A stretch of DNA of 64,000 nucleotides from an uncultured Rikenella sp. (GTDB lineage Bacteria > Bacteroidota > Bacteroidia > Bacteroidales > VadinHA17): the NCBI GenBank assembly GCA_964621005.1, contig CAZUIF010000016.1:4565-68564 (forward strand), in the 5' to 3' direction. Positions 16,830 to 26,032 of this stretch are shown one piece after another. The position numbers were made by a program, and so were the translations under genes. Position 1 is the stretch's first letter; every line of letters starts with the position of its first letter. The notes beneath the pieces were generated by a model that saw nothing but the letters and a program-made list of their open reading frames with translations, made no database searches and was not told where the DNA came from.

Positions 16830-19781
16830 TCACAGTTCTTTTTCTGAAGGTTTCATTATCACACCTATCTTCTTTTTCCCGTCTATCATCACATTAAGCG
16901 GCTCAGGGAATATTACATGCCTGAGCAGGTCATCCTCATATACTGTCTCTGCCGAAGCAAGGAAATCATAGTCGATATGCCCGTCACCGCGGGAGGGATT
17001 AACATTAAAATACCCGACCCTGAAAGCGGTCAGGTTTTGAAAGAAGTGGGTCCCCTGGCTGGGGTCGATCCGGTAATTTTCCAGTCCGGATTCAACAATG
17101 ATCCTTGCACCTGAAATCTGCTGCCATTTTATCGGAATTCCCCTCCAGACGTCAGTTGAACCCCATCTGCCCGGGCCAATCAGGATATAATTTATGTCGA
17201 GGTTGATCAGTCTTTCATTTATCCCCTCGATTCTGCCGGCAATCTCGGTATTCTTTGAGGCATCAAAGTTCTCGGTTCTCACGTATACCACATCGCGCAG
17301 ACCACCTATTGTGCCATTGCCAAGGGCCAGACCTGAATACACTACCGTTTCGCTGTGAGCGATCTGTTCGAGCCTGTATTTTATTGTCTCGTAGTTTTCA
17401 ACTATAGGCCGGATCTGCAGGAGATTAAAAACAACAGGCTTTTTACCGGAAGGATCCATATTTGCCGCAAATTCTATTTCCACCGGATTGTTAAGCTGCT
17501 GCTGCCCGATCTCAAGGACCTTCTTCAGGATACCTGTCAGCGGGAAGAGTTCATACCTGAGGATGTTTGAAAAGGTAATCACCTTACGTCCTCCCCTGAC
17601 CATCTCGTCACGGATGATGTCATCCTGGTAATCGTAAGTTGAGGCGGCAAACTTCAGTGAACCGTCTTCCTCCGCTTCACTTACCTGCAGTTTAAGCAGG
17701 TTGACCGAATCGTCAGTGCTGGGCACGAAGCTTGAGGGATTGAGGTCCAGGGAATAAAACTCCTGCTGGGTCTCCCTCAGGGCCATTCGTGTATCGGAAA
17801 GCTGGATTATCTTGCCGGGGTATTCAGGTGAGAACCTCAGGGAGACGCCGCCATCAACGATGTATTTCCCAAGACCGAAGGCAAGATTGACATAACCCTC
17901 TTCCGGCTTTTCAGGTTCTATCGGATAGAAGTTGACTGACCGGGCAACTCCTGAGAGTGTAGGGTAGAAACGGTTGCCGTACTGCTGACCGCACACTTCC
18001 TGCAGGACTATCCCCATTTTTTCTTCTTCAAGCTGATTTGCGGTAGCCTTCATGTAGTTCCTGCTACCCCTGAAAAAGACAGATGCATAGACGCTCTTGA
18101 TTGCCACGCTGAGGAGTTCGAGCATGACGATGTCATTTTCCGCCTTGGGTATCATGTATGTGGAATATACTCCTGCAAATGGCTGAAAATGTGAGTCTTC
18201 AAGGAGACTGGAGGAGCGTATTGCCACAGGTCCGCTGATGATTGAGATAAACACCAGCAGATCCTTGTGTATCCTGAAAGGGAGTCTTGCCTTCACAAAC
18301 GCATCAAGTATCCCGCTGTCATTTCTTTCCGAAAGACCAATCCCGTACAGGTTATTTTCAGCCATGAATTCATCGAAGACGTCGGTGCTGAGGACAACGG
18401 TCCGGGGTATTGAGACGATAGTATTTTCAAAGCATTCGGAGAGCCCGAACTTCTTGATAATATGGTCAAGAAAAGCGAGGCCGCGGGCTTTGCCCCCCAT
18501 AGAACCTTCTCCTATCCTGGTGAAAGTAAGGTATTCGTCGAAGTGCTCCCGGTAAAAATCGGCGATAATCCCGTGACCTTTGCTTCGCCTGAAACTGGCG
18601 ATAGAATCAAAGATGAACCGCCTGGCCTGGTCAAGGCTGGAAAAATCATCCAGTTGTATCTCCTTCAGGAATTCTGCGAGTGAAAAAAGTGCGCGGGCGT
18701 ACAGCCATTTTGAGAGATGGTTCCTGGAGAGGTGGTATTTCAGGGAGTTATCAGGAATCTCAAAGAGTTTACGCTGAAATGTCTGAAGGTCAGTTATTCG
18801 CGCAATTTCCGCTCCGCTGTCCGGATCAGTAAAAACAAAATCACCGAATGAAAAATTCTTTCTGAGGAGGTTCTCCAGATCTGCGGCCAGTGTCATGGCG
18901 TTGCTGTCGATAAAGGCATTCCCGTATTCAGGGACAAGCTTTTCATTATCGGTTCCGGAAGAGTGTATTATGATCGGGATATTGGCATCATACTCCCTTA
19001 CAAGCCTGAAGAGATCCATGAAAGTGCCTCTTTTCCTTTTCTCGTTATGATACTGGTCAACATCACTGATCACTCCGAGCAGCTGCATTTTGTGCTTTTC
19101 AAAAATGGCAACCGCCTCCTCGTATCCGGTGGCAAGAAGGACCTTGGGTCTGCCTCTCATCTGCATCATTTTCTGATGCTCATTGAGACCCTCGATCATA
19201 TACTGCCGCGACTGTTCAAGGATTATCGTGTAAATATGGCGCAGAAATACCGATGCGAGCCTTACTGAGCTCTCAACAAGCAGTATTGCCTGAACTCCCT
19301 CATGGATGGCATCTTCGTCTACGTTCAGCCTGTCTTCCACAAGACTGATTACCGGCAGAAGGATATTTGTGCTCCCCAGCCAGTTGAAAACGTAGTCAAT
19401 GCATGACATCTCCTTGCTGTCAAGTCTCAGGGCAGTCTCACGGGAGACAGGAGCAAGGATCACAATCGGTATTCCGGGCCACTCTTTTTTTATCTTCAGC
19501 GAGAGGTCGAAAGGGTCCATATCGCTGACACTCAGCATATTTATGACAAGGTCTATTTTGCCTCCCGCAAGTTTTTCCAGGGCTTCAGCCGCAGATGTGG
19601 CGTGGATGAACTGGGGCGGATAGCGGAGGTTGAAAGAGACGTAGTCATTGAAGACCTTCTCGTCAATTTTTCCGTCCTCCTCCATAATGAAGGCATCGTA
19701 CCTGCTGCAGATGAGAAGGACGTATCTGACCCTCTTCTGCATCAGAAGCTCGAAGGAGGTCTCTCTGAAGATATTTTTCAC
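16830..19781 (-). CDS. Pseudo-receiver + receiver-like + PEP/pyruvate-binding (PPDK_N ATP-grasp) domain protein, 983 aa
   Basis: GTG start 3 nt after the gdhA stop. ATP-grasp motifs MGGKARGLAFL, VAIRSSSLLEDSHFQPFAGVYSTY and MGIVLQEVCG...SGVARS. The N-terminus has two CheY-like folds. It is a paralog of the 21277-25950 core. Confidence 0.75.
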   Translation of the reverse strand: MKNIFRETSFELLMQKRVRYVLLICSRYDAFIMEEDGKIDEKVFNDYVSFNLRYPPQFIHATSAAEALEKLAGGKIDLVINMLSVSDMDPFDLSLKIKKEWPGIPIVILAPVSRETALRLDSKEMSCIDYVFNWLGSTNILLPVISLVEDRLNVDEDAIHEGVQAILLVESSVRLASVFLRHIYTIILEQSRQYMIEGLNEHQKMMQMRGRPKVLLATGYEEAVAIFEKHKMQLLGVISDVDQYHNEKRKRGTFMDLFRLVREYDANIPIIIHSSGTDNEKLVPEYGNAFIDSNAMTLAADLENLLRKNFSFGDFVFTDPDSGAEIARITDLQTFQRKLFEIPDNSLKYHLSRNHLSKWLYARALFSLAEFLKEIQLDDFSSLDQARRFIFDSIASFRRSKGHGIIADFYREHFDEYLTFTRIGEGSMGGKARGLAFLDHIIKKFGLSECFENTIVSIPRTVVLSTDVFDEFMAENNLYGIGLSERNDSGILDAFVKARLPFRIHKDLLVFISIISGPVAIRSSSLLEDSHFQPFAGVYSTYMIPKAENDIVMLELLSVAIKSVYASVFFRGSRNYMKATANQLEEEKMGIVLQEVCGQQYGNRFYPTLSGVARSVNFYPIEPEKPEEGYVNLAFGLGKYIVDGGVSLRFSPEYPGKIIQLSDTRMALRETQQEFYSLDLNPSSFVPSTDDSVNLLKLQVSEAEEDGSLKFAASTYDYQDDIIRDEMVRGGRKVITFSNILRYELFPLTGILKKVLEIGQQQLNNPVEIEFAANMDPSGKKPVVFNLLQIRPIVENYETIKYRLEQIAHSETVVYSGLALGNGTIGGLRDVVYVRTENFDASKNTEIAGRIEGINERLINLDINYILIGPGRWGSTDVWRGIPIKWQQISGARIIVESGLENYRIDPSQGTHFFQNLTAFRVGYFNVNPSRGDGHIDYDFLASAETVYEDDLLRHVIFPEPLNVMIDGKKKIGVIMKPSEKEL

Positions 19782-19784
19782 GGT

Positions 19785-21128
19785 CTACACCACTCCCTGG
19801 GCCAGCATGGCCTCGGCCACCTTGACGAAGCCTCCGATATTGGCTCCGTCCACATAGTTTATGAACCCGTCCTTATGGGTTCCGTACTTCACGCATGTGG
19901 CATGTATCTCTTTCATTATCCTGTGAAGGCGGGTGTCAACCTCTTCGCGTGACCAGGACAGGCGCATTGAATTCTGAGTCATCTCCAGGCCTGATGTTGC
20001 CACGCCTCCTGCATTGGCAGCCTTGCCGGGGCCGAACAGGATCTTGTGATGGAGAAAGACGTTGACAGCATCCGGCGTTGACGGCATATTTGCTCCTTCC
20101 GATACCACGAAGCACCCGTTTTTGACAAGTGTTTCAGCATCAGCGCCTGATATCTCATTCTGTGTTGCGGAGGGGAGGGCAACCTGGCACGGGACATCCC
20201 ACGGGGTTGATTTGCCTTCGACATAGGTACAGCCGTATTTATCGGCATATTCCTTTATACGTCCTCTTTTTACGTTCTTCAGGTTTTTAACGAACGCGAG
20301 CTTCTCTTCGTTTATTCCGTCCGGGTCATGGATATAACCGTTTGAGTCAGAAAGTGTAACAACTTTGGCACCCATCTGGATCGCCTTTTCTGTTGCAAAC
20401 TGAGCGACGTTACCGGATCCGGAAACAGCGCAGATCTTACCCCTGAGGCTGTCACCCCTGGTATTCAGCATTTCCTCGGCAAAATAAACCTGGCCATATC
20501 CGGTGGCTTCAAGCCGTATGAGACTGCCGCCCCATTCAAGCCCCTTACCGGTAAGCACACCGGTGAATTCATTGCGGAGTCTTTTGTACTGTCCGAAGAG
20601 GAATCCTATTTCCCTTCCCCCGACGCCTATATCACCTGCAGGAACATCTGTGTCAGCACCTACATGCCTGAAAAGCTCACTCATAAATGACTGGCAGAAG
20701 CGCATGACCTCCTGGTCACTCTTCTCCTTGGGGTCAAAGTCTGATCCCCCTTTTCCACCTCCCATCGGAAGGGTGGTGAGGCTATTCTTCAGAACCTGTT
20801 CAAAGGCAAGGAATTTCAGGATACCAAGGTTCACCGTCGGATGGAATCTCAGGCCACCCTTATAGGGACCGATGGCGCTGTTCATCTCTATCCGGTATCC
20901 CTTGTTGATCTGGATTTCGCCTTTGTCATCAACCCACGGGACTCTGAAAATAATGACCCTTTCAGGTTCGGCCATCCGCTCCAGGATCTTTGCAGATTTG
21001 TATTTCGGATTCTCAAGGATAAAAGGCATAAGAGACTCGGCGACTTCTTTCACTGCCTGGTGAAATTCGACCTCACCGGGGTTTTTGGCAATAATCCTTG
21101 CCATGAATTCATCAACATGATTGGACAT
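19785..21128 (-). CDS. gdhA: NADP-specific glutamate dehydrogenase
   Basis: Full-length GDH with LPMGGGKGGSDFDPKEKS, GADTDVPAGDIGVG and GSGNVAQFA (Rossmann). Confidence 0.95.
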   Translation of the reverse strand: MSNHVDEFMARIIAKNPGEVEFHQAVKEVAESLMPFILENPKYKSAKILERMAEPERVIIFRVPWVDDKGEIQINKGYRIEMNSAIGPYKGGLRFHPTVNLGILKFLAFEQVLKNSLTTLPMGGGKGGSDFDPKEKSDQEVMRFCQSFMSELFRHVGADTDVPAGDIGVGGREIGFLFGQYKRLRNEFTGVLTGKGLEWGGSLIRLEATGYGQVYFAEEMLNTRGDSLRGKICAVSGSGNVAQFATEKAIQMGAKVVTLSDSNGYIHDPDGINEEKLAFVKNLKNVKRGRIKEYADKYGCTYVEGKSTPWDVPCQVALPSATQNEISGADAETLVKNGCFVVSEGANMPSTPDAVNVFLHHKILFGPGKAANAGGVATSGLEMTQNSMRLSWSREEVDTRLHRIMKEIHATCVKYGTHKDGFINYVDGANIGGFVKVAEAMLAQGVV

Positions 21129-21276
21129 AACAATAGGTTTTTAAGGGGTTATGGGTACTTCGATAATTTCATTAAATTTCCATAATTCAAGTCTATCTTC
21201 AAAATATATTCAGCTTTTTTTTAACTTTCATAATAAATTGTTTTGGCTGACCGCAGGGGAGCGGTACTGATCCGGG

Positions 21277-24200
21277 ATGGAGGATATTTCGAGATTGCAA
21301 AAGGAAATGCAGAAACTCCTGGCCGAAAAAATCCAGAGCCAGAAGGGACTTTCCATTGTTTATGCCATAAACAGGATCATAAGCAGGAAGAAATCTGTTG
21401 GTGAGACTCTTTCTGAAATTGCAAGGGAGATACCCAAGGGATGGCAGTACTCTGAATACGCCTATGCCCGCATTAAGTTTGACGGTCATGAGTACCGCCC
21501 CGCAAACTTCCGTGAAACCAGGTGGATACAGAAACAGATCTTTGAGACTTTTGACAAGAAATGGGGAGCTATAGACGTATTTTACACCAAGCAATTTCCC
21601 AGGGCTGATGAGGGTCCCTTCCTTCATGAAGAAAGGCAGCTGCTTGAAAATATTGCTACAATAGTCAGCAACTATCTGAACTCCCTGATAGCATCTGATA
21701 CGCCCATGGGATCTGACCTGGATACGGCAGTCACATTCGAACGGACCCGTAAGATCAGCGAGGAGCGAAATATTGATGATGCCCTTTTCCGGATATGCAG
21801 GAACATGCCCAGGTCGTGGCAGTTCCCGGATTATGCTGTAGCCCGTATAGAATATGACGGACGGGAGTACCTCAGTTCCGACAGGGATTACTCTGACCAT
21901 GAGTGGAGTTTGCGGGAGGATTTTACAACCATTGACCACAAATCCGGAACCATAGAATTCTTTTATCTCAGGGGATTTCCGGCCACCTACAGGGAAACTC
22001 ACAAGGACTCGGAAAAGGAACTTCTCTGGAACATGGCGAACCTGATAACCGGATTTATCAACATTATCAAGGGGAATGAGATAAGGCAGCCCTCTGACAG
22101 GGAGGAGAAACAAAACGAAGATGCAAGGACCGACAACCGGATATTTTCATGCATAAATGAAATCTCAAAAAGCCTCAGAAACGGTCACTCTCTTGAAACC
22201 ACCTTTTCGGAAATCATTGAACTGATTCCGATGGCTTTCAGGTTCCCCGAGCATATAGTATGCCTGATTACTTACGATAATGCCGGGTACAGGTCGCCAG
22301 GATACAGGGAAACCCCCGTCTTCCTGGAAGCAGCCTTTAAGACGATCTCGCTGAAAAGCGGGTCAGTCCGGATCGACTTTACAGGGGATGAACCGGAAGC
22401 CGGGGAGGAACTGTTTCTGGAGGAGGAGAAGCAGTTTTCCGAGACCCTTGCCCTTCTGATCTCCGGATTCATTAACCTGATACACGGCCTTGATTCCGTC
22501 ATCGCCACCCAGGAGGGACTGAAGGAGATACTTTATGAGAAAACAGAACGCCTGAAGGAGCTGTCATGCATTAACCAGACTACCTCGATACTACAGTCAG
22601 AAAAAACCGTTGAAAACGCCCTGAAGCGTATAGTTTACATCCTGCCCGATGCCTGGCAGTACCCTGAACACACCGTTGCAAGGATCAGTTTTGACGGCAA
22701 GGAGTATATGTCGCCCGAATTCATAGTGACAAAATGGAGGCAGAGGCAGCCGTTCCTTACAATAGACGACAGGTTCGGCGAGGTTGAGATTTACTATAAA
22801 AAGGAATTTCCTGACATTGATGAGGGGCCCTTCATGAAGGAGGAGCGTGACCTGATAAACAATATTGCCACACTCATCTGCAATTACCTTAATACGGTGC
22901 AGGGTGAGGTAGCCATAAAAAAATACAGGTCAGATGAGGAACTGAAGCAGAAATATGAGGCTGCACGCGACTTCCTGATAAACAAAAGAAAACTGCTGCA
23001 GAATTTTCTCGAAAAAAACAATTACGACCGTGATATTTTCCATGACCTGATGAAATTCAAGGTCAGGGAAATTCTTATAATCTCCAATCTTTATGATGCC
23101 TACAGCCTGGAACGGGAAGGCAAATTCTCCGATTATATTCTCGGCGTCTATTATCAGCTGAACCTTACATCGATTCCCAGGGTAACAGGAGTTTCTTCAT
23201 TTGAGGAAGCATTCGAGAAACTTTATTCAAGGCACTTCGATCTTATTATCATAATGGTTGGGATTGACAGGAAAACCCCGATGGATATCGCCGGGAGGCT
23301 TAAATCGCTTTACAAGTATATTCCCATCTATCTTCTTTTAAACAACAACCAGTATGTCGGGTTTTTCCAGGGAGAAAAGAGGCGAACCGGACTGATTGAC
23401 AATGTTTTCGTCTGGAACGGGGACTCCAGGATATTCTTTGCAATGGTAAAGCAACTGGAAGACTATGTCAATGCAGATAATGACACGAAAGTTGGATACA
23501 GCAGGATAATCCTCCTGGTAGAGGATTCTCCGAAGTATTATTCAAGGTACATTCCTCTTCTTTATCACTGCGTCATGGAGCAGACCCGGCGCATCATCGA
23601 GGATGTGAGCACAATGGACGAGCTCTACAAGGTTCTCCGCCTGAGGGTTCGGCCCAAAATACTTATGGCTTCGAACTATGAGGAGGCTTTGCAGATATTC
23701 GACAAATACAAGGAGTTCTTCCTTTGCCTTATTACTGATATAAAATTTGAAAAGAATTCGAAGTTCGATGAAAAGGCCGGGTTTGACCTGGTAAGGTATG
23801 TAAAGTCGGAGATACCTGACCTGCCAACAATAATTCAGTCATCAGACCGCAGCAACGAAACCCTGGCAAAGGATCTCAACTGTGTGTTTATTCACAAGAA
23901 TTCCGATACCCTTGCACAGGATATCAGGAATTTCATCAGCTATAACCTCGGTTTCGGGGATTTCATCTACCAGGACGGATCCGGAAGAACGATAGGCACG
24001 GCAAAGAACATGAATGAGTTTGAAATGCAGCTGCAGTCTATCCCTACAGAGACTCTTCTCTATCACGCCAGCAGGAATCATTTTTCACTGTGGCTTACTG
24101 CCAGGGGCGAGATTCAGCTTGCACGGGAAATAGCTCCCAAAAAGATAAGCGATTTCAATGATCCGGAGGGACTTCGTAATTACCTGGTCAGGATCGTGAA

Positions 24201-25950
24201 ACAGCTCAAGTATGAGAAGAACAAGGGCAAGATACTTGACTTTGATGAAACACTTATCACGGAAGAGAGCAATATAATACAACTCTCTCCGGGATCACTC
24301 GGGGGCAAGGGTCGCGGACTGGCCTTCATACATACACTGATATACAACTTCGACATATCCCATTATGTTCCCGGCGTCAATATCAAGGCTCCGAGAACCT
24401 TTATTATCGGCACGAACGAGTTCGAGGAATTTCTTGATAATAACATGCTCAGGACAAGTATTTATTCTGAGACAGACTATGAGAAGATCAAGGAGTTGTT
24501 CATCAGGGGTAGGCTGACTCCTGAGCTTGAGAACAAGCTGAGGATCATCCTGGGCAAGATAAAGAAACCGCTTGCTGTAAGGTCGTCAGGGCTCTTCGAA
24601 GACTCACTGATGCAACCCTTTGCCGGTATCTTTGAAACCTTTCTTGTACCCAACAGCAATGAGGACATTGAGGTTCGCCTGAATCAGCTCTCAGATGCCG
24701 TTAAACTTGTATATGCTTCAATCTATTCTGAGACGGCCCGGGGATATATCAATGCCATAAACTACAAGATTGAAGAAGAAAAAATGGCAGTCATAATCCA
24801 GGAGGTTGTTGGTGAACAGTATGAAAACTACTATTATCCCCATATCAGCGGGGTTAGCCAGTCATATAACTATTATCCTTATGGCCATATGCAGCCCGAA
24901 GACGGATTTGCAGTCATAGCTGTCGGTCTGGGAACATATGTTGTGGAAGGGGAAAAAGCCTTCAGGTTTTCACCGAAATATCCGAACCTTGAAAACAGTA
25001 CTCCGCGCGATCAGTACATGAACTCGCAGGTGGAGTTTTATGCCATTGACCTGAGAAAGAAGGAGCTTAACCTTCTTGAGGGCGATACCGTGGGGCTGGC
25101 TCGTCTCAGTATAGAGGATGCAGAGCGCCACGGGGTTTTAAAGCACTGCGCATCAGTTTATTATGCCGAATCAAAAACCATTTATGCCGGACTTGACAGG
25201 GCCGGACCGAGGGTAGTCAACTTTGCTGACATTCTGAAGTATGATTACATACCTCTGGCCAAATCGCTTGTTGAGATCCTCGATATTGTCAAGGAGGCCC
25301 TTGGTACCCCGGTAGAGATTGAGTTTGCAATAGACCTGGAAAAGGACAGCAACTACAAGGCCTCGTTCTACCTGTTGCAGATCAAGCCTATCATCGGGGC
25401 TGCAATTGATTACGAGGTAAACATGGAAGAGATCGACCGTTCCCGTATAATGCTTTATACCGAAAAGAGCATGGGTAACGGCCTGATAAATGACATCAGG
25501 GATGTGATCTTTGTCGACAGGGAGACGTTTGACAAATCGAAGACGATGGAGATTGCCGCCGAGGTCGATGCCTTCAACCAGCAGATGATCGAAGAAGGGA
25601 AGCAGTATGTACTGCTGGGGCCCGGAAGGTGGGGTACACGTGACAGATGGATCGGGATACCCGTGACATGGCCACAGATATGCAATGCCAGGGTAATCAT
25701 TGAAACGAGCCTGGAGGACTTCCCCCTTGACGCATCGTCGGGCTCACACTTCTTCCACAATGTAACCTCAATGAATGTCGGGTATTTCTCCGTTCAGCAC
25801 CGTGACAAGAGCACAATTCTTGACTGGGATCTTCTCGGCAGGCAGAAGGTTGTTGAGAGGAAGAAGTACGTCACTCATGTCCGGTTCAGCAAGAACCTTA
25901 CCGTCAGGATGGACGGCAAAAAGCGGATCTCGGTAATCACCTGGGAATAG
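21277..25950 (+). CDS. Giant sensor-like protein, 1557 aa: four tandem GAF-like modules + pseudo-receiver + receiver + PPDK_N ATP-grasp + conserved C-terminal module
   Basis: Four N-terminal repeats share WQ[YF][PS][ED][YH]..ARI.[FY]DG.EY ... DEGPF..EE..L..NIA. The receiver has ILLVEDS...LITDIK...IIQSS...FIHK. ATP-grasp motifs LGGKGRGLAF and LAVRSSGLFEDSLMQPFAGIFETF. Confidence 0.75.
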   Translation: MEDISRLQKEMQKLLAEKIQSQKGLSIVYAINRIISRKKSVGETLSEIAREIPKGWQYSEYAYARIKFDGHEYRPANFRETRWIQKQIFETFDKKWGAIDVFYTKQFPRADEGPFLHEERQLLENIATIVSNYLNSLIASDTPMGSDLDTAVTFERTRKISEERNIDDALFRICRNMPRSWQFPDYAVARIEYDGREYLSSDRDYSDHEWSLREDFTTIDHKSGTIEFFYLRGFPATYRETHKDSEKELLWNMANLITGFINIIKGNEIRQPSDREEKQNEDARTDNRIFSCINEISKSLRNGHSLETTFSEIIELIPMAFRFPEHIVCLITYDNAGYRSPGYRETPVFLEAAFKTISLKSGSVRIDFTGDEPEAGEELFLEEEKQFSETLALLISGFINLIHGLDSVIATQEGLKEILYEKTERLKELSCINQTTSILQSEKTVENALKRIVYILPDAWQYPEHTVARISFDGKEYMSPEFIVTKWRQRQPFLTIDDRFGEVEIYYKKEFPDIDEGPFMKEERDLINNIATLICNYLNTVQGEVAIKKYRSDEELKQKYEAARDFLINKRKLLQNFLEKNNYDRDIFHDLMKFKVREILIISNLYDAYSLEREGKFSDYILGVYYQLNLTSIPRVTGVSSFEEAFEKLYSRHFDLIIIMVGIDRKTPMDIAGRLKSLYKYIPIYLLLNNNQYVGFFQGEKRRTGLIDNVFVWNGDSRIFFAMVKQLEDYVNADNDTKVGYSRIILLVEDSPKYYSRYIPLLYHCVMEQTRRIIEDVSTMDELYKVLRLRVRPKILMASNYEEALQIFDKYKEFFLCLITDIKFEKNSKFDEKAGFDLVRYVKSEIPDLPTIIQSSDRSNETLAKDLNCVFIHKNSDTLAQDIRNFISYNLGFGDFIYQDGSGRTIGTAKNMNEFEMQLQSIPTETLLYHASRNHFSLWLTARGEIQLAREIAPKKISDFNDPEGLRNYLVRIVKQLKYEKNKGKILDFDETLITEESNIIQLSPGSLGGKGRGLAFIHTLIYNFDISHYVPGVNIKAPRTFIIGTNEFEEFLDNNMLRTSIYSETDYEKIKELFIRGRLTPELENKLRIILGKIKKPLAVRSSGLFEDSLMQPFAGIFETFLVPNSNEDIEVRLNQLSDAVKLVYASIYSETARGYINAINYKIEEEKMAVIIQEVVGEQYENYYYPHISGVSQSYNYYPYGHMQPEDGFAVIAVGLGTYVVEGEKAFRFSPKYPNLENSTPRDQYMNSQVEFYAIDLRKKELNLLEGDTVGLARLSIEDAERHGVLKHCASVYYAESKTIYAGLDRAGPRVVNFADILKYDYIPLAKSLVEILDIVKEALGTPVEIEFAIDLEKDSNYKASFYLLQIKPIIGAAIDYEVNMEEIDRSRIMLYTEKSMGNGLINDIRDVIFVDRETFDKSKTMEIAAEVDAFNQQMIEEGKQYVLLGPGRWGTRDRWIGIPVTWPQICNARVIIETSLEDFPLDASSGSHFFHNVTSMNVGYFSVQHRDKSTILDWDLLGRQKVVERKKYVTHVRFSKNLTVRMDGKKRISVITWE

Positions 25951-25970
25951 TAAAAGCAGCATTTATAAAA

Positions 25971-25998
25971 AAGTACCCGGCCAGTTGACCGGGTACTT
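25971..25998. terminator. Bidirectional terminator hairpin between convergent genes
   Basis: Perfect 10-bp stem aagtacccgg / ccgggtactt with an 8-nt loop. An A-run lies upstream and a partial T-rich tail downstream. Confidence 0.55.
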
Positions 25999-26032
25999 CG
26001 TTAATTCATTCTGACAAAGCCTTATCTCCGGA

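Noticed and set aside
21129-21276. Promoter boxes and short A/T-rich direct repeats (TAATTTC-like) in the gdhA / 1557-aa gene divergent spacer
   Set aside because: There are only near-matches to TAnnTTTG (TATATTTTG on the gdhA side), and the repeats are short and degenerate. Noted but not called as features.
21199-22113. 304-aa minus-strand ORF overlapping the 5' part of the 1557-aa gene and the gdhA spacer
   Set aside because: It lies mostly antisense to a region whose plus-strand reading shows four recognisable repeated domains. Its own translation is low-complexity with no motif. Treated as a shadow ORF.
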